A stretch of DNA of 64,000 nt, taken from the NCBI GenBank assembly GCA_013239625.1, contig MU053823.1:689565-753564 (forward strand), written 5' to 3'. Numbering within the stretch: position 1 is the first letter of the stretch; each line of letters starts with the position of its first letter. The notes below the pieces were generated by a model. The model ran no database searches and had not been told where the DNA came from. It saw only the letters and a list, made by a program, of their open reading frames with translations. Position numbers and translations under genes: made by a program. This document shows, one piece after another, positions 46,981-59,940 of this stretch. Origin of the DNA: Lama guanicoe. Its lineage: Eukaryota.

Positions 46981-49900
46981 AACAAGTCCATCTCCTCACT
47001 CCACGAAACAACAAAATGGGGAAATGATGAAATGGTAAGCTTCCACAAACCAAGCTGACCTTGGGGAGCTATGATGGGCTTAAAAATGTTGTTTTATTTT
47101 GGTGCTTTCTTCCAGGCCTAACTGATGCCTGATTTTTTCCTTAACACTTGTGGAGCCCACCTTGCACTCCCAAAGTGACTTTGATCTTTACTACGACACA
47201 TTTGTCAACTTAAGAGGAGACAAACTCCAAGTCTTCACAACACTTAGCACAGAGCCGGGCACACTGTGTATGAATTTATACCCCAGCAATGTGAATTTCT
47301 TTTTGTCGTTTATGTTTTTTCTTCCCCTTTCATTTGCAGCTCTTGAACAGTCTACGTGGATTTATATGTCTTTCATCAAGTGCTGACCACTAGGCTGTTT
47401 TATCGGTCCACCTCATGCCCAGCCTCATGCAGTGTGACTACGCACTGTGGGCCTCAGCTCAGTCTCTCACATCATAACGCTTCTGAAGCTTCAGAGGCTC
47501 AGCGGGTGGTTTAATTCCATTGTTCTGAATTATTTCGGGATCTTTATTTTATATTGGAGCCTATTTCTTCTAATGGAGGAAGTGAATTTGAATGTTAGAA
47601 GAAGCAATTTCAATTAGACATTAGAATATAAATCTTTTCCAGGCTAGTTGGATATAGTAATGTCCCGTTACTATCAAATACTTAAGAATAAAATCAGCTG
47701 GTCCCAGCTGACTTAAGTTCACATTAGTTTTATATATGTAAGTATATATATATATATATCTTCTTGTAATCCCCACCCACAGTGAGTCATAGACTTCTCA
47801 TGTGTTAGAAAATATCTCTGTTCTTAAGGGACTTTTTATTGTTTCAGTGTATCCCTGTTCTCAAAGGGACTTTTTATTGTTTCAATTCCCTCTGCATTCT
47901 CCATTTAATAGTTACATAGGTTTATTAAAGAATGTTTAAAAATTATACACACTTATATTATAAACATAAAATATACATATTTAATGGCTTTTGACCAGTA
48001 AAAAGAAAGAAATTACTTAGTGGGTGAATTAATTATATGAATTATTATATGAGGAATCATAGTGACTACAGTCAATTATTTATTAATTATGATCAATCAG
48101 CAGGAATCAATATTAATAAACAAATTTGCATTAATAATTTAACAAATATATAATTAGATAGTAATAATTCATAGTCATGTTTCCAGCCAAAATATGTGTA
48201 TGATTTTATTCTTCGTTTTATCACTTTTTCCCAAACTATAAAAGTAATGGTTTTATGGTTTACAATATGAGAAAAATATGACACGTAAAAGACCGCCCAT
48301 CGACCCTCAGTGCACTCTTCTGAAGTCAGTCACAGCTGATGGTTTCTTGTATATACTTTGAGAGACTTTTTAAAAGTTTATATATAGTGTAATTTCTGTA
48401 GTATATTGTTCATTCACTTTTATCCAAATAAGATCATACCATGCATGCTTCTGTGTTTTGAGATTTACTTTTATATTCATCAGTGTATTTGGACATCTTC
48501 CTAATTCTGCTGTTTACGTTCTTTCATAGTTTATAGACCAGGTACTTCTGAAGGATATTCAAATAATTTCTAGTTTGTTCTCCCTCTAACAAATGATGCA
48601 ATGACTACCTTTATTTGTATCTGCAGGTGCACACTTTTTGGCTCAGTGATACACAGCCAAGGGTTAACATCAATGTTTGGCTTGAGCCTTCAGAAAGTAA
48701 CATTCTGGGATATAAAATCAATCTAAAATGTCATCTGAAAGCAATTATTTTCATTATGACTTAATATTGAAACCTTATTAGGTAAATGTAACGCAGGGAC
48801 ATTACAGGGTGGGAACATTAGTTACTTGTCAGAGCAGGCGGTACTTTCTTGTGGTCACTATGCCGCAACTTTTCCATATGAGACAAACACTTCTTCATTG
48901 TGGGAGAGCAGAGAACCAGATATGTTTGGATATTTCACTTTTCTTTAATCCTTTCTTATTCATACTCTTTAACAACAGCCAAGCATACTTACTGTAACAA
49001 ATATGATTTTTCATGAATTTTGTTGAACAAGATTCTGGAATTTTTCTCCCTTAATGAAATTTTGAGGTGGCAAAATGGATACTCTGCTGTGAATTTATCT
49101 TTGTAAGATGTGAAAAATTCCCAGATAGAATTCATCTTAAAAGATTTATAACCTAAACGGAAATTAAGCAACAAAAATGATTTATTTTATTTTTAAAGAT
49201 TCTGATGTCTAACAAAGGTATTCTGCAAAGATGAGAATGATGATATAATTAATTTCTATTACATTTGTATTCAAATTTTATAAATGTGTGTTAACTATAT
49301 ATCTAAATTTTTATGGATGATTTTATTAAAGCTATCTAGATATTTCACTTTTTAAATATTTGTACCTACTATAAATTTCCCTATTAATTTTATAATTTTA
49401 AAATAACTTTTATAATAACTACTACTTAATATTAGTTATACAATTTTTAAATAAAGTTCTTGATATTTGACTCTGTATATAAATTTAACAGCTTTTCCAA
49501 AAGCATTATTGTAGTATTTTATTCTTTTTTTGGTAGCATTTTTATTCTTGACAATATATGTAGATTTATATTTCATCACACTGCAAGGAGTTTCAATATA
49601 GAAATCACATAAAGAGATTTTTTGATTCAATTTATAGGTCAAATACTTGGTTATATTTAAACAAAGACACAAATATTAACAATAAATCCAAACAAATGCT
49701 AAGTCTGTATTATTGATATTGATTAAATAAGACGATTACCTGTGTGATTACATGAGCAATAATGACACACATGTCAAGGGGGTCCAAGAATGACCTACAG
49801 GCAGACATCCAGCTACTTAGCCTTCCACATGCTGAGGTCTTTGTTAAAATGCAGATTCTGGCTGATAAGGTAGCCTAGAGCCACAGGCACATTCCCTACC

Positions 49901-50195
49901 TTTGTATGCTTGTTTAATTTTAGTCCCCAGTTAAATTGCTAACAGGAGGCTCGCCTTATGCAAAAGTATGCATTTTTAAAATTTATAGTAGATAACAATA
50001 CATTGTCATTTAAGACTTTTATACCAAATTACATGCTCACCTAATGGTAAACAACATGCAAGTTTCTCTAAATCCTTACCAACACTGGGCACTATCAACA
50101 TTTAAAATATCCAGTCTGAGAGGCAGAAAATGCTATCTCAAACCTTTGGTTTTTTCATTTCATTAACTACAAATGACGTTAATCTTTTAGTTTAA

Positions 50196-50352
50196 GGGGG
50201 GAAGGTATAGCTCAAGCAGTTGAGTGTATGCTTAGCATGCGTGAGGTCCTGGGTTCAATCCCCAGTGCCTCCTCTAAAAAAAAATAAGTAAACCTAATTA
50301 TCTCCCCCCACCAAAATAAAAATGAAAATAAACTGAAAATGAAACAAAAAAG
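50196..50352 (+). mobile_element. Full-length tRNA-derived SINE (Vic-1-like) with TSD
   Basis: A and B boxes present; flanked by ATCTTTTAGTTTAA / ATCTTTTTAGTTTAA. Confidence 0.9.
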
Positions 50353-51024
50353 ATCTTTTAGTTTAATTTGTTTATCTTTATTTTCTTAGAAACTGTTCAT
50401 AATTGCAGATAATTTTGGGGAGGGTATATTTCATCTGTTCCTTACCGATTTGTAAAAGTACTTTACATACTTAGGAATTATCCATATATTATTCATACAT
50501 GTGGCAAATATTTCTCCCAGTTTGTTGTCCTTGGCTTTATTTATTTATTTAGTGGTCGAATAGAAGCTTTTATTTTATTAATTCTAAGAACTTTTCATAC
50601 GGTACCTTTCATCACCTGTATCCCACATTAAGTTAAAAAAAAAGAGAAAACTTTGTTTTTCTTTTCTGTTTTAGGGTACGTTTCCTTTGCTCTCCAAACT
50701 GTTTCCTCCAATTTTAGCTGACAAGATCAAGACTTTGTGTCCCTCTTGCCATATTCTTACTTTGACTGTGAATTTCTTATGGATCAACCTTTGAATGAAA
50801 ATGCTAACATTTCTCCTAAAACAAAGCAACATGTCCTAACCACAAACTAGTCCAAAACCACATATAGAGGGGCAATCACGGACTGTAGAATGTTGGAAGG
50901 GACTTTTTAATTACTGATGAGAATGAGACATGGCAGTTATTCCTATATTGTACAAAGGGAGAGACAGCAGACCACTCACAAGTCTGGGGATATGTGAAGG
51001 GACCCATGAAGTTGAGAGTTATCC

Positions 51025-51870
51025 TTTATTCATTCAACAAACACTTATTGATCCAGGTGTTATTCTAGGTGGCAGGAATACTGACGTGACAAAGCAGACA
51101 AAAACCCCTACCTTCATGGCAGATATTTTCGAGTGGGTGGAGAAACAATGGGTAACACCACAAAGAATTTAAGTAAACTACAGAGTATCTTAGGCGATGA
51201 TAAATACTATAGAGAAAAAATACAGCAGGAAAGGAAATAGGAAATCTCTACTCGGAAGGGAGGTGAAATTTTAAATAGGGCGGTCAAGGAAAGTCTTACT
51301 GAGAAAGAGATCATCAACTCGACAGAAGAGGCAGAGGGAACACAAAGCCCCAGGTCAGAAGCAGACCGGCAGGTCTGAGCAGCAGCCAGAGGAACAGGCA
51401 GGAAGTGGAGGAGGGAGGGGCGGAGCAGGGAGGGGCAGAGCAGCCGCTGCTGAGGTCCAGGAAGTAACGAAGCGCAGCATCTCAGAAAGCTTTGTCGACT
51501 GTATTTGAGACTCTGGCTTTCCCTCTGACTTAGGTGGGAAACCACTGGAGGTTTTGCATAGAGCAGTGTCCCAATGTAGTTTTTTTTTTTTTACCTTTTA
51601 ACAAGATCACTCTAGCTGCTGCATTGGGGGAAAATAAACCAAATTGCGGAAGTCATTTATACGTTTACTGTAATGATCCATATTACAGATGAGGCCTTAT
51701 CAGGCCAGGTGGCAGAGTAGAAGGCAGTAAGAAATTTTAAAATGCCAGATGTATTTTGAAGGCTAAACCAGTAGGACTACTGATGAATAGGTATGAATTA
51801 TCAAGGAAAGAAAGGAGCTAAGGAGAACTCCAACAGTCCAGCCCTTTGGCTTGAGCATTTACAAGGTTGG
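51025..51870 (-). mobile_element. LINE-2 relic
   Basis: ATTCATTCAACAAACACTTATT start; AAGATCACTCTAGCTGCT and ATGTATTTTGAAGG blocks. Confidence 0.7.
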
Positions 51871-52643
51871 GGTTGTCCAACTGGCCATATGGTACCCATC
51901 CCTCATATATAAGAAGGGGTCTGAACAGAGAGGGATATGTAAATATTCCATCCGCCTTTTTAAAAGTCATTTGATCTTTTAGGAGACAGCCATATATGCA
52001 AATGGCTAAAAGCTTATTTCTCAACCAAGTTTTGTATTAATTTTTAGAGATTTCCCTGGTTCTCACAGTCTGTTTTGTTGATCTTAATTTTTAGTTATTG
52101 TAGCATGGTTGAATTTTATCTATTCTTTTTTTTTTAGTTTCCTTTTTATCTATTTACCTCTCGTCTGCTACATGAGTTTCATAGCCTTCGGCTAGATCAG
52201 TATGTCCTTAGGACATACTCTTCGGTCTCTATACCGCTGTATGAGTACAGGACAGGGTCCATTTGTTCACTGCTGTTTGCTCACATGGATCACGCTGACT
52301 TGTTTATAATTGTTGCCCAATAAATGCCGAAATTCTGAATGCCTGTGTAGATCACATAGGTATTTTAGTGGAGTGGTATACGACGCTTGGGGAAACTAGC
52401 CAGGCAGCTTTTCCTTTTTGTCAGATTTATCACGTTTATTGTCTAAGAACACAACCTCATTTAGGTGCTCATAGTTAACGCGTACTGATCATTCATGCCA
52501 ATTGGAGACTTGATTCTTCAAGGCTCTACTTTTCCATCCCGAAGTGGTTAGCTAGTGTCTGGCAGCAGGAAGTGGTTTCCCTTTAATTCGTTTCTCAGCT
52601 CCTTGCTCTAATCAAGGCAGCGCTACAAAGGGTGACGTGAGGG

Positions 52644-52747
52644 CGGGGTTACCAGACAGCATACAGGATACCCAGTTAATTTTGAATTTCACATAAACAG
52701 TGGAACTGGCTGTCGTGCATTTTTATTTGCTAAATCTGGCAGCCCTC
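52644..52747. mobile_element. MER53-like hAT MITE
   Basis: TIRs GGGGTTACCAGA...TCTGGCAGCCCT with internal CAGGATACCCAGTTAATTTTGAATTTCA. Confidence 0.65.
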
Positions 52748-53092
52748 TACCGGGGGACACCTGTGCTCCTGTTCACAATGATTTTAGTGTCACACTGAGA
52801 GTTAACAGAAAAACAGGTTCCCAACAAAATCCTTGTTTGGGGGACCTTACAAAACAGCACGGCAACATTTAGAAAATTAATCTCCCTGACGGTAAAGTGT
52901 GCTCCCCTCCCCCGCCTCTGGTTAAGTGACACCAAAATCTGAATCTGGCTGCTTCATGCAGGAGGCTATCAGCTCCACTTTGTAGATTTTCTTGGTTAGG
53001 TGAGCCTTCCTGCCACAGTGAATTTCGCTATGTCTGTCCTGCACGGGAACCCACGTGATGGGACCAGCGAAGCCAAGCATTACAGGGTTGCA

Positions 53093-53106
53093 GTGCCCTC
53101 TAGTGG
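53093..53106 (-). promoter_or_regulatory. CTCF core motif
   Basis: GTGCCCTCTAGTGG, i.e. CCACTAGAGGGCAC on the minus strand. Confidence 0.65.
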
Positions 53107-55053
53107 ACGTCTGGTTTCCCACAGGGACCAAGGCCTCGGGCTGCCCTGAAACAGCTCCATTCCCCCCTCCCCCTCCACTGCTGTCCTGTCGGGCTGCGCG
53201 TCCTACCAGTTTAAGGAGACAGGAACTAGGAAATCTGAATGTCAGAGACCAAAGTAATTCTTAACTTTGCTTCAACATTTTCAACTTCATATAATCTTTT
53301 TTATTTTTTACAAAATGGGAATCACAATGGCTTCCTTATCAATTTGTAAGGAAGTTTTGATGGTTATTGAGGAAACGGACAGGTGAGCCTCTAGCACTGT
53401 TCTAGCTAAACTTCAGATAATTTGGACTCCAATGGATTTAGTGAATGGCTGCCTTGTGCCAACTGATGTTTTAAGAACGTTGAATGCTATGGAATTGAAC
53501 AGAATAAAGGAAATGATGAGGAGAGGATAAATAGCAAATCTTTCCACCAATTCTCTGTTTTTCTATTTTCCCTTCATCATCATAATTAATGCTACTAACT
53601 TCTTATGAAAAGACTCCTTTATAGAAGAATGTTTTATTTTACCAGAATTTTTTTTACCGTCTAAAATGCGAGAATATGGTATGATATCCGTGGGCGTGGG
53701 CGTAGTATTCTCAGATCCTCATAATAGAATGATTTGTTCCTTTGTCCACAGATTATTTCAAAGACTCAGGACAAGTTGTGACATGGGTGAACTCTCTCCT
53801 TTTTTCTCTCCTTTTAGTCCCTCTCATCTATTTTTCGAGATGCCAGTTATTTTGTGATGCCCTGACAACTTCTTTCATAATGGAAATGGATACCTTTCCA
53901 AAGACATTTAATTCTGTCATAAAGTTGGTTTTCTAATAGTGAAATTTTAGTCATTTGGCCACAGAGAATGTATGTCTACCAGGAATTCCTGAGTGACACC
54001 ACTGAGCTAAGCACATACCTGGTGCGTTAACAGTAACAATACAACAGCAATTGTATATTGTGCTGCGAAATTGTAGTTAGTTCTTGCTCGGTAATAATGT
54101 CTAAACACGTTTCTCTTTGGGCCTGGTTTTGCCTAGAGAGGGTTTTTGGATTTTTTTTTCTGTTTGTTTGTTTTTACTAATTTGGGGTTAAACAAATCAA
54201 CAATCTCAACCAATAGGCTCTTCCTCAAACTTATATTTTGTGGGGTTGGGAGAAGATGAGTTATCTCGTTATAGTTTTGCTCTTGTTCAGAGAGAGAGAA
54301 TTGTTTCACAATTAACTTGTGCTTCAACAGAAATAGTACCTAGAATATTTTTCTGTTGGGAGTAAATTTACCAATCAATCAGGCTGAACCATTTAGTCTA
54401 AAAAGTATTTGCCTACTTTTTTTTTCATTGTCCTATTGGATTGTCCATGGTTTGACTGAATTTACTACATGATGACTTTGGATTGGCGATTCAAAGTTGC
54501 TCGCCTTGAAATTGTACTTTGTGACCTTTTTTGACTTCACTCAGCATTGGCTGCCAAGCAGCAATCTGAAACTTCAAGCGTGTTGAAGCTTGCCGGAAGA
54601 AATCCAAATTCCCAGTCACATCTCTCCCCTGGCCTCCTACTTGCCATCAGCAGTGGCCTCCCTTTAGAGGTTTGGAATCTTCCAAACATATTTTTATCCA
54701 CTGTCTCTATTGTAACTGAAGGCAGGTGCAGACCCACAGGGCAGAAACTTTTTAATGACTGTAATTTTTGTCTGAAAGCGAAAGAATAAAAAAAAAAGAG
54801 TAAAGTTAACTAAGTGGTTAAAAGTTTTCATTAATAACAGTGGAAGTCACAGGCCCTGTGGGAAGTACCAGCTCCTGCATCCGTTTTCAGCAAAGTGCTC
54901 GAGAATATTCTCAGAGGAGGCGTATCCTTAGGCATAATTATGAAGTTGCTAAAGTTTGTTTCAGCAGAATCATCACTGTCATGGTTGCCTTTCTGATTAT
55001 TAGCAAGCGTTTTCCCAGCCCTGGCTGGAAACTTTATTTCTGTTCTATACCTT

Positions 55054-55259
55054 TCTTTTTCTTTCTTTTTTTTAATATACATTTTTATTGAAGTAGAGTC
55101 AGTTTGCAGTGGTATGTTAATTTCTGGTGTACAGCACAACGCTTCAGTCATACATGCACGTACATATATTCGTTTTCATATTCTTTTTCACCATAAGTTA
55201 CAACAAGGAACTGAGTATAGTTCCCTGCGCTCTACAGTGTGAAGTTCTTGTTTACCTGT
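55054..55259 (-). mobile_element. Short 5'-truncated LINE-1 3' end with 17-bp TSD
   Basis: Same 3' UTR as 29040ff and 40430ff; flanked by TTTCTGTTCTATACCTT at 55037-55053 and 55260-55276. Confidence 0.85.
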
Positions 55260-55649
55260 TTTCTGTTCTATACCTTCTAATGCCTCGTGGACATGCAGGC
55301 CCTGTCTTTTGAAGCGACACCCCACGCCCCAGTCTCTACATTACTTTAAATCAGAACCCACAAAAGGAAGCCTTTATATGAAATTAAACTAAATTAAATT
55401 AAGCCTTTAAATCAGAATAATCGACTGTATGTTTCTGTTCCTTCCAGGCTGTGTCCACAGACTAAGCTGAGATGTTCTCTGTGACAGACACAGAGGTACC
55501 CACGTCCAGCTTAGGACAGGCCCTCAAAGCACTAATCCAAGAAGTTGTAGGGACGTCAGTCATGCTGATAGGTTGGTAGGAAATCAAAGTTTTTCCACTG
55601 AAGCTTGCTTGGGCACCTACTAACTCATATTCTTTTCATTTAAAAAAAC

Positions 55650-55955
55650 TTTATTACTTTTTTATTTTGGGGGAGGAGGTAATTAGGTGTTTATTTATTT
55701 ATTCGCTTATTTTTTAATGGAGGTGCTGGGGATTGAACCCAGGACTTTGTGCATGTTAGGCACGTGTCCTACCGCTGAGCTACACCCTCCCTCCCAACTC
55801 ATTTTCTTTTTAAAGGATATCTTTTTTATTTTTACTTTTGGCAGGGGAAGGAAATTAGGTTTATTGATTTATTTTTAGCGGAGGCACTGGGGATTGAACC
55901 CAGGACCCTGTGCGTGCTAAGTGTGTGCTCTACCACTGAGCTCTACACTCTCCCT
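55650..55955 (-). mobile_element. Two tandem tRNA-derived SINEs (Vic-1-like)
   Basis: Two GGAGG..CTGGGGATTGAACCCAGGAC...CTACC.CTGAGCT units at ~55650-55795 and ~55825-55955. Confidence 0.85.
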
Positions 55956-57089
55956 TTTCATTCATGTTCTTTTTGTTGAAGTCTGCTCCTCTCGCACATG
56001 CTGTTTGCCCTCTCCCCAAGTGCCCTGCGCTGGCTGTGAGCTGACTCTTAGAAACCCGTTGACATGTCTGCTTCTAAAGAGATTTCCCACTGAGTAAAAG
56101 ACAGAAAATTGGGTGAATATGAATCATGCCTCACATGCACCATCCTTTCCTGTGAAACACCATCGTTATTGCAACTTCTAATTATAGTTCCTTCTGCAAA
56201 CCACTGTAATTCTAGGTCCTGGGATATGATCTGTTACGCCAAGGAGACAGGAACAAAGAGACCGGTCCTGGGGTTTAGGTCTTCCTGTGGGAAACACAAC
56301 AGAGTGTTTCATTTACAAGATACAACACATAGATTTTTCTTGCACTTTTGAGCTGTCCACTCATGAGAGCTCATAATCTAAATTTTAAAAAGGAAGTATC
56401 TCTAGGATCTTGAGACTCTCTGGCAAAATGTGAATTTAGATGATCAGAGGAAGGAAGGAAAGTAAAATTTAAAATATGTGGTAGCACACAAATAAAGTAT
56501 AAAAAATCCACTTTATCTTTTTCATAAACTTAGCTGAAAGAAACAGTATATAAATGAAGAAAAACAACGAGAACTAACTTCTTTTGCAAGCCTTGTCACT
56601 AGCCAGACGTACATATGAAAGTGACCGAATATTTGAGTAGATACTTGGTTTTTGGAAAGTATTACTAGTCGTATTTTACAGATTAAAATATTGAAGCTTA
56701 AAGAACTAAAATGATTTGGCATATATCATAGAGTTAGTTGGAACTGCCCAGATTCAGGGCAGGAGACCTTGAACTCTGTCCTAGCCTGCCTTTAGTGAAA
56801 CCTTGGTGTGTTATATTGTTGCTGTGAGAAGGTAAAATAATAATTATGCCATCAAGGTCCAACACTGGTGACAAATATAGAGGTGATGGCAAAGGAGTTG
56901 GCTAAGAGTAATAAATAATTTGCTCTCTCCATCTTGCTGTGGTTTATTAGGGATACAGATGAGGTCAGACTCCATACAGTCATTTTATTTAAAACCTGTC
57001 AGTTATTGATTAAGGATAAAACTACCTAAGCAGACGAAGTATCCATTTACAAGCTAATGTTGGATCAGTCCACCCTCACCTAATATACT

Positions 57090-57870
57090 GTGCACGTTCT
57101 TTGTCCAGTCATTGTTAATGGATACTTAGGTTGTTTCCATGGATTGACTATTGTAAATGATGCTATCTTTTCAAGTTAATGTTTCCACTTCCTTTTGGAT
57201 GGATACCCAGAAATGGAATCGCTGGGTCATATGGTGGTTCTGTTTTTAATTTTTTTGAAGAAACTCCATACTGTTTTCCATGGTGGCTGTATCAATATGG
57301 TACAATGTGTCTGTACCATTACAGTCCCATCAGTTATCCACAAAGATTCCTTCTTATCCATATCCTCATCAGCACTGGTTATTTCTTGTCTTTTTGATAG
57401 TAGCCATTCTACCAGGAGTGAGGTGTTATCTCATTGTGGTTTTGACTTGCCTTTCCCTTCTGATTAGTGATGCTGAGCACCTTTTCACGTACCTGTTGGT
57501 CATTCACGTATCTTCCTTGGAGGAATGCCCATTTTTAAATTGGATCATTTTTGTTGTTGTCGCTTCTATTTTTTGTTTTTGTTTTTTTGCTGTTGAGTTG
57601 TATGAGTCCCTTGCATATTTTGGCTATTACTCCTTTATCGGATATATCATTTGCGAATATTTCCCCATTCTTTGGGTTGCCTTTTCATTTTGTTGAAAGT
57701 TTCTTTTGCTGCACAGACACTTTTTTATTTATTTTGTTGCTAGTGTTTTAGGTGCCCTATCCAAGAAGTCACTGCCAAGACCCATATCCAGGAGCTTTCT
57801 TCCTACGTTTTCTTCTAGGAGTTTTATGATATCTGGCCTTACATTTAAGTCTTTAATCCATTTATAGTTA
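57090..57870 (-). mobile_element. LINE-1 ORF2 3' fragment
   Basis: Antisense ORF2 blocks (CCCAGAAATGGAATCGCTGGGTCATATGG, TTTAAGTCTTTAATCCATTT). Confidence 0.85.
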
Positions 57871-59803
57871 CTATTTCTTTATTCAGACAAACTTAAAGAT
57901 TCTACTGATATCTTTGAGAAGATAGGATAGAAGGCCTGGGAGTTAAGCTGTCACCGTACTCCCTAATACTTATCACCATCTCATATATATTTTACTAACC
58001 GATTCTGATTTTTTGTTATCTCTCCCAACTAGGATACAAATTCCACAAGGTCAAAGGTTACTCTTTTTTTTTCTTTTTTTGTCACTGTTGCTTATTGCTG
58101 TATTCCTAATGCTTAGAACAAAGTTATGATAATAACTAATGGTCATAGAACAAAATTACGTCAGTAACTAACAGGTATAGGGTATTTACCATATGCTTTG
58201 TAACTAGGATGACTATGTAATTTATATTGCAAACTGGGACTGTTTTTAGGCTAAAAGGGAGGTTCTATTAATAATTATGAAAGGACAATTGGCATCAAGA
58301 GTGTCTAAGGTGAACTAGGACTCACGGTTACTCTGTGTACATCTGTTCTACACAAATTGTACTTGTGTTTTACAATTATTTCCTCATTTAATCTTCATTA
58401 CAACGCTTGAGGTGCTTACCATTGTTATACCCATCCTGCAGATGAGGTAGGTATCATTGTTGTCTCAGTTTTACAAACAAGGAGACCATCGCACAGAAAG
58501 ACTAATTGTTTAGTTACGGCCACACAACGAGTGTATTGAAAAGCCAGGATTTGAACCCAAGTAGTGTTCTGGTCTCAGGGGTCATGATCACTCTGATATA
58601 TTAACTTGAAAAATATCTGTGGCTTAAAGAATAAGCCACACTCTCTCTGATACCCTCTGTAGTTTCAAGTACTCTCCACTGGGACACTCGAAAGAGAGAT
58701 GACTCAGGATTTTTTCCTATAAAGCATAGAATAGCTCCGTGATTCATGGATAGTTCTGTACAAACAAGAGAAAAACCCGGGTGCTTAGTGTGAGATGGTA
58801 TATACTAATAGCAGACTCATATATTCATTTATCCCAATGCAAGAATTATATTCTGACTATGGATAAATATAAAAACAGATACAAGTTAATTGAAAACAAT
58901 TTTATATTTACTATATAAAATGTTTGGTTAATTATTTGGATAACATTTTAATCCCATTTACTAGAGCTCTTTTTAATAGAAGATGAAGTCTATCCCATGT
59001 GATCCACTTCCAAGGACATGTGCAGTGATTGAGTATCTCAGGTGTAGAACTGATGGAAGAGAAATGGGAGTGAGCTAGAGGGAGAAAGATAGATTCTCAT
59101 TTTTCCAGTTTTTGAGACTAACACAGTCACTGTCTCAAGATCACTTTTACTGACTTTCTGGAGAAAATTTCCTTCAAAACTGTTTAATTTTGTTTATCAG
59201 CTGGTGTATGTCCAGATCTCTCTGTGATGAAAAACATTAATAGCTACATTCACAGCATCGGTGCTTTTTTTCTTCCTTCCCAATATACAAAATTACATTT
59301 GTTCAGGACCTTCAGAAAACAGGTATCTGGCTCAGGAGAAAGGACAGGACACTGATGTTTTTTAAATCCTCTTCTCACCAGGAGACCAAAAAGTTTAACT
59401 TCCTAACATTTTTATATGAATTATATTCACTTTTTTTCTAGAGCTCTGAAAGAACACCGTGACACATAATGGGCAACAGTTTTAGTCTGTTATCCTCACC
59501 TAGGAAATCTCGGCAGAGAAGCACAAATAAACAACAACGACAAAGATGGAGATTTCACTATAGTTCCACTAAAGAGGAACGATGTGGTGAATTTTCGAAA
59601 GTCCACGAACTTTGGAGTCAGACCCTGAACTTTGGCTGTGTAATCTAGCTTGTTTTTTTCATTAAGCCTGTTTCCTCACCTCTAAAATTTATGATAAAAA
59701 GACTATCACGGCCGTAGCAGAGCGATCAAGGTTGGTATCACTGAGTAATATGTATCGACATCAACTGCCAGTGGATGCGGTGCCCTGAGGAGAACCACAC
59801 CAG

Positions 59804-59940
59804 CTTGCGCATCCTCTCCACTGCCTTGCCACTGCACATCCTCCCCCCTGTGCATCCCCCCCCACCCTGCGCAGCCTCCTCACTGCGCAGCCTCCCCCCT
59901 GTGCATCCTTCTCACTGCGCATCCTCCCTACTGCGCATCA
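59804..59940 (+). repeat. Degenerate ~16-bp C-rich minisatellite (CACTGCGCATCCTCCY)n inside an old L1 3' relic (~59750-60340)
   Basis: About 8 units of CTG(C/T)(G/A)CA(T/G)CC followed by C/T runs. Confidence 0.8.

Larger units (their letters stand above)
52485..54990 (-). pseudogene. Putative highly decayed CLEC4-like gene relic ('relic C')
   Basis: Minus strand, in order: exon-1-like block ending GCTG|GTACTT at 54869; 114-nt AG/GT-bounded block 54132-54019 with YTIAVVLLLLT in one frame; neck-like 53975-53894 TYILCGQMTKISLLENQLYDRIKCLWK-G|GTATCC; LEAHLSV near 53370-53395; IGMNDQ at 52502-52485. Confidence 0.4.

Noticed and set aside
47815..47885. Short direct repeats (also 12100-12140, 39097-39145, 62490-62580) as CRISPR-like arrays
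   Set aside because: Two- or three-copy slippage duplications in eukaryotic DNA, with no spacers or cas genes.
50670..50755. Minus-strand IWQEGH...GNVP*N as a possible last exon of relic C
   Set aside because: Position fits, but the acceptor is poor and no cysteines remain; too weak to call.
53666..53857. Plus-strand ORF ending FEMPVIL*, resembling a CRD end (CEMP)
   Set aside because: No cysteine pattern and wrong Trp-to-EMP spacing; likely chance.
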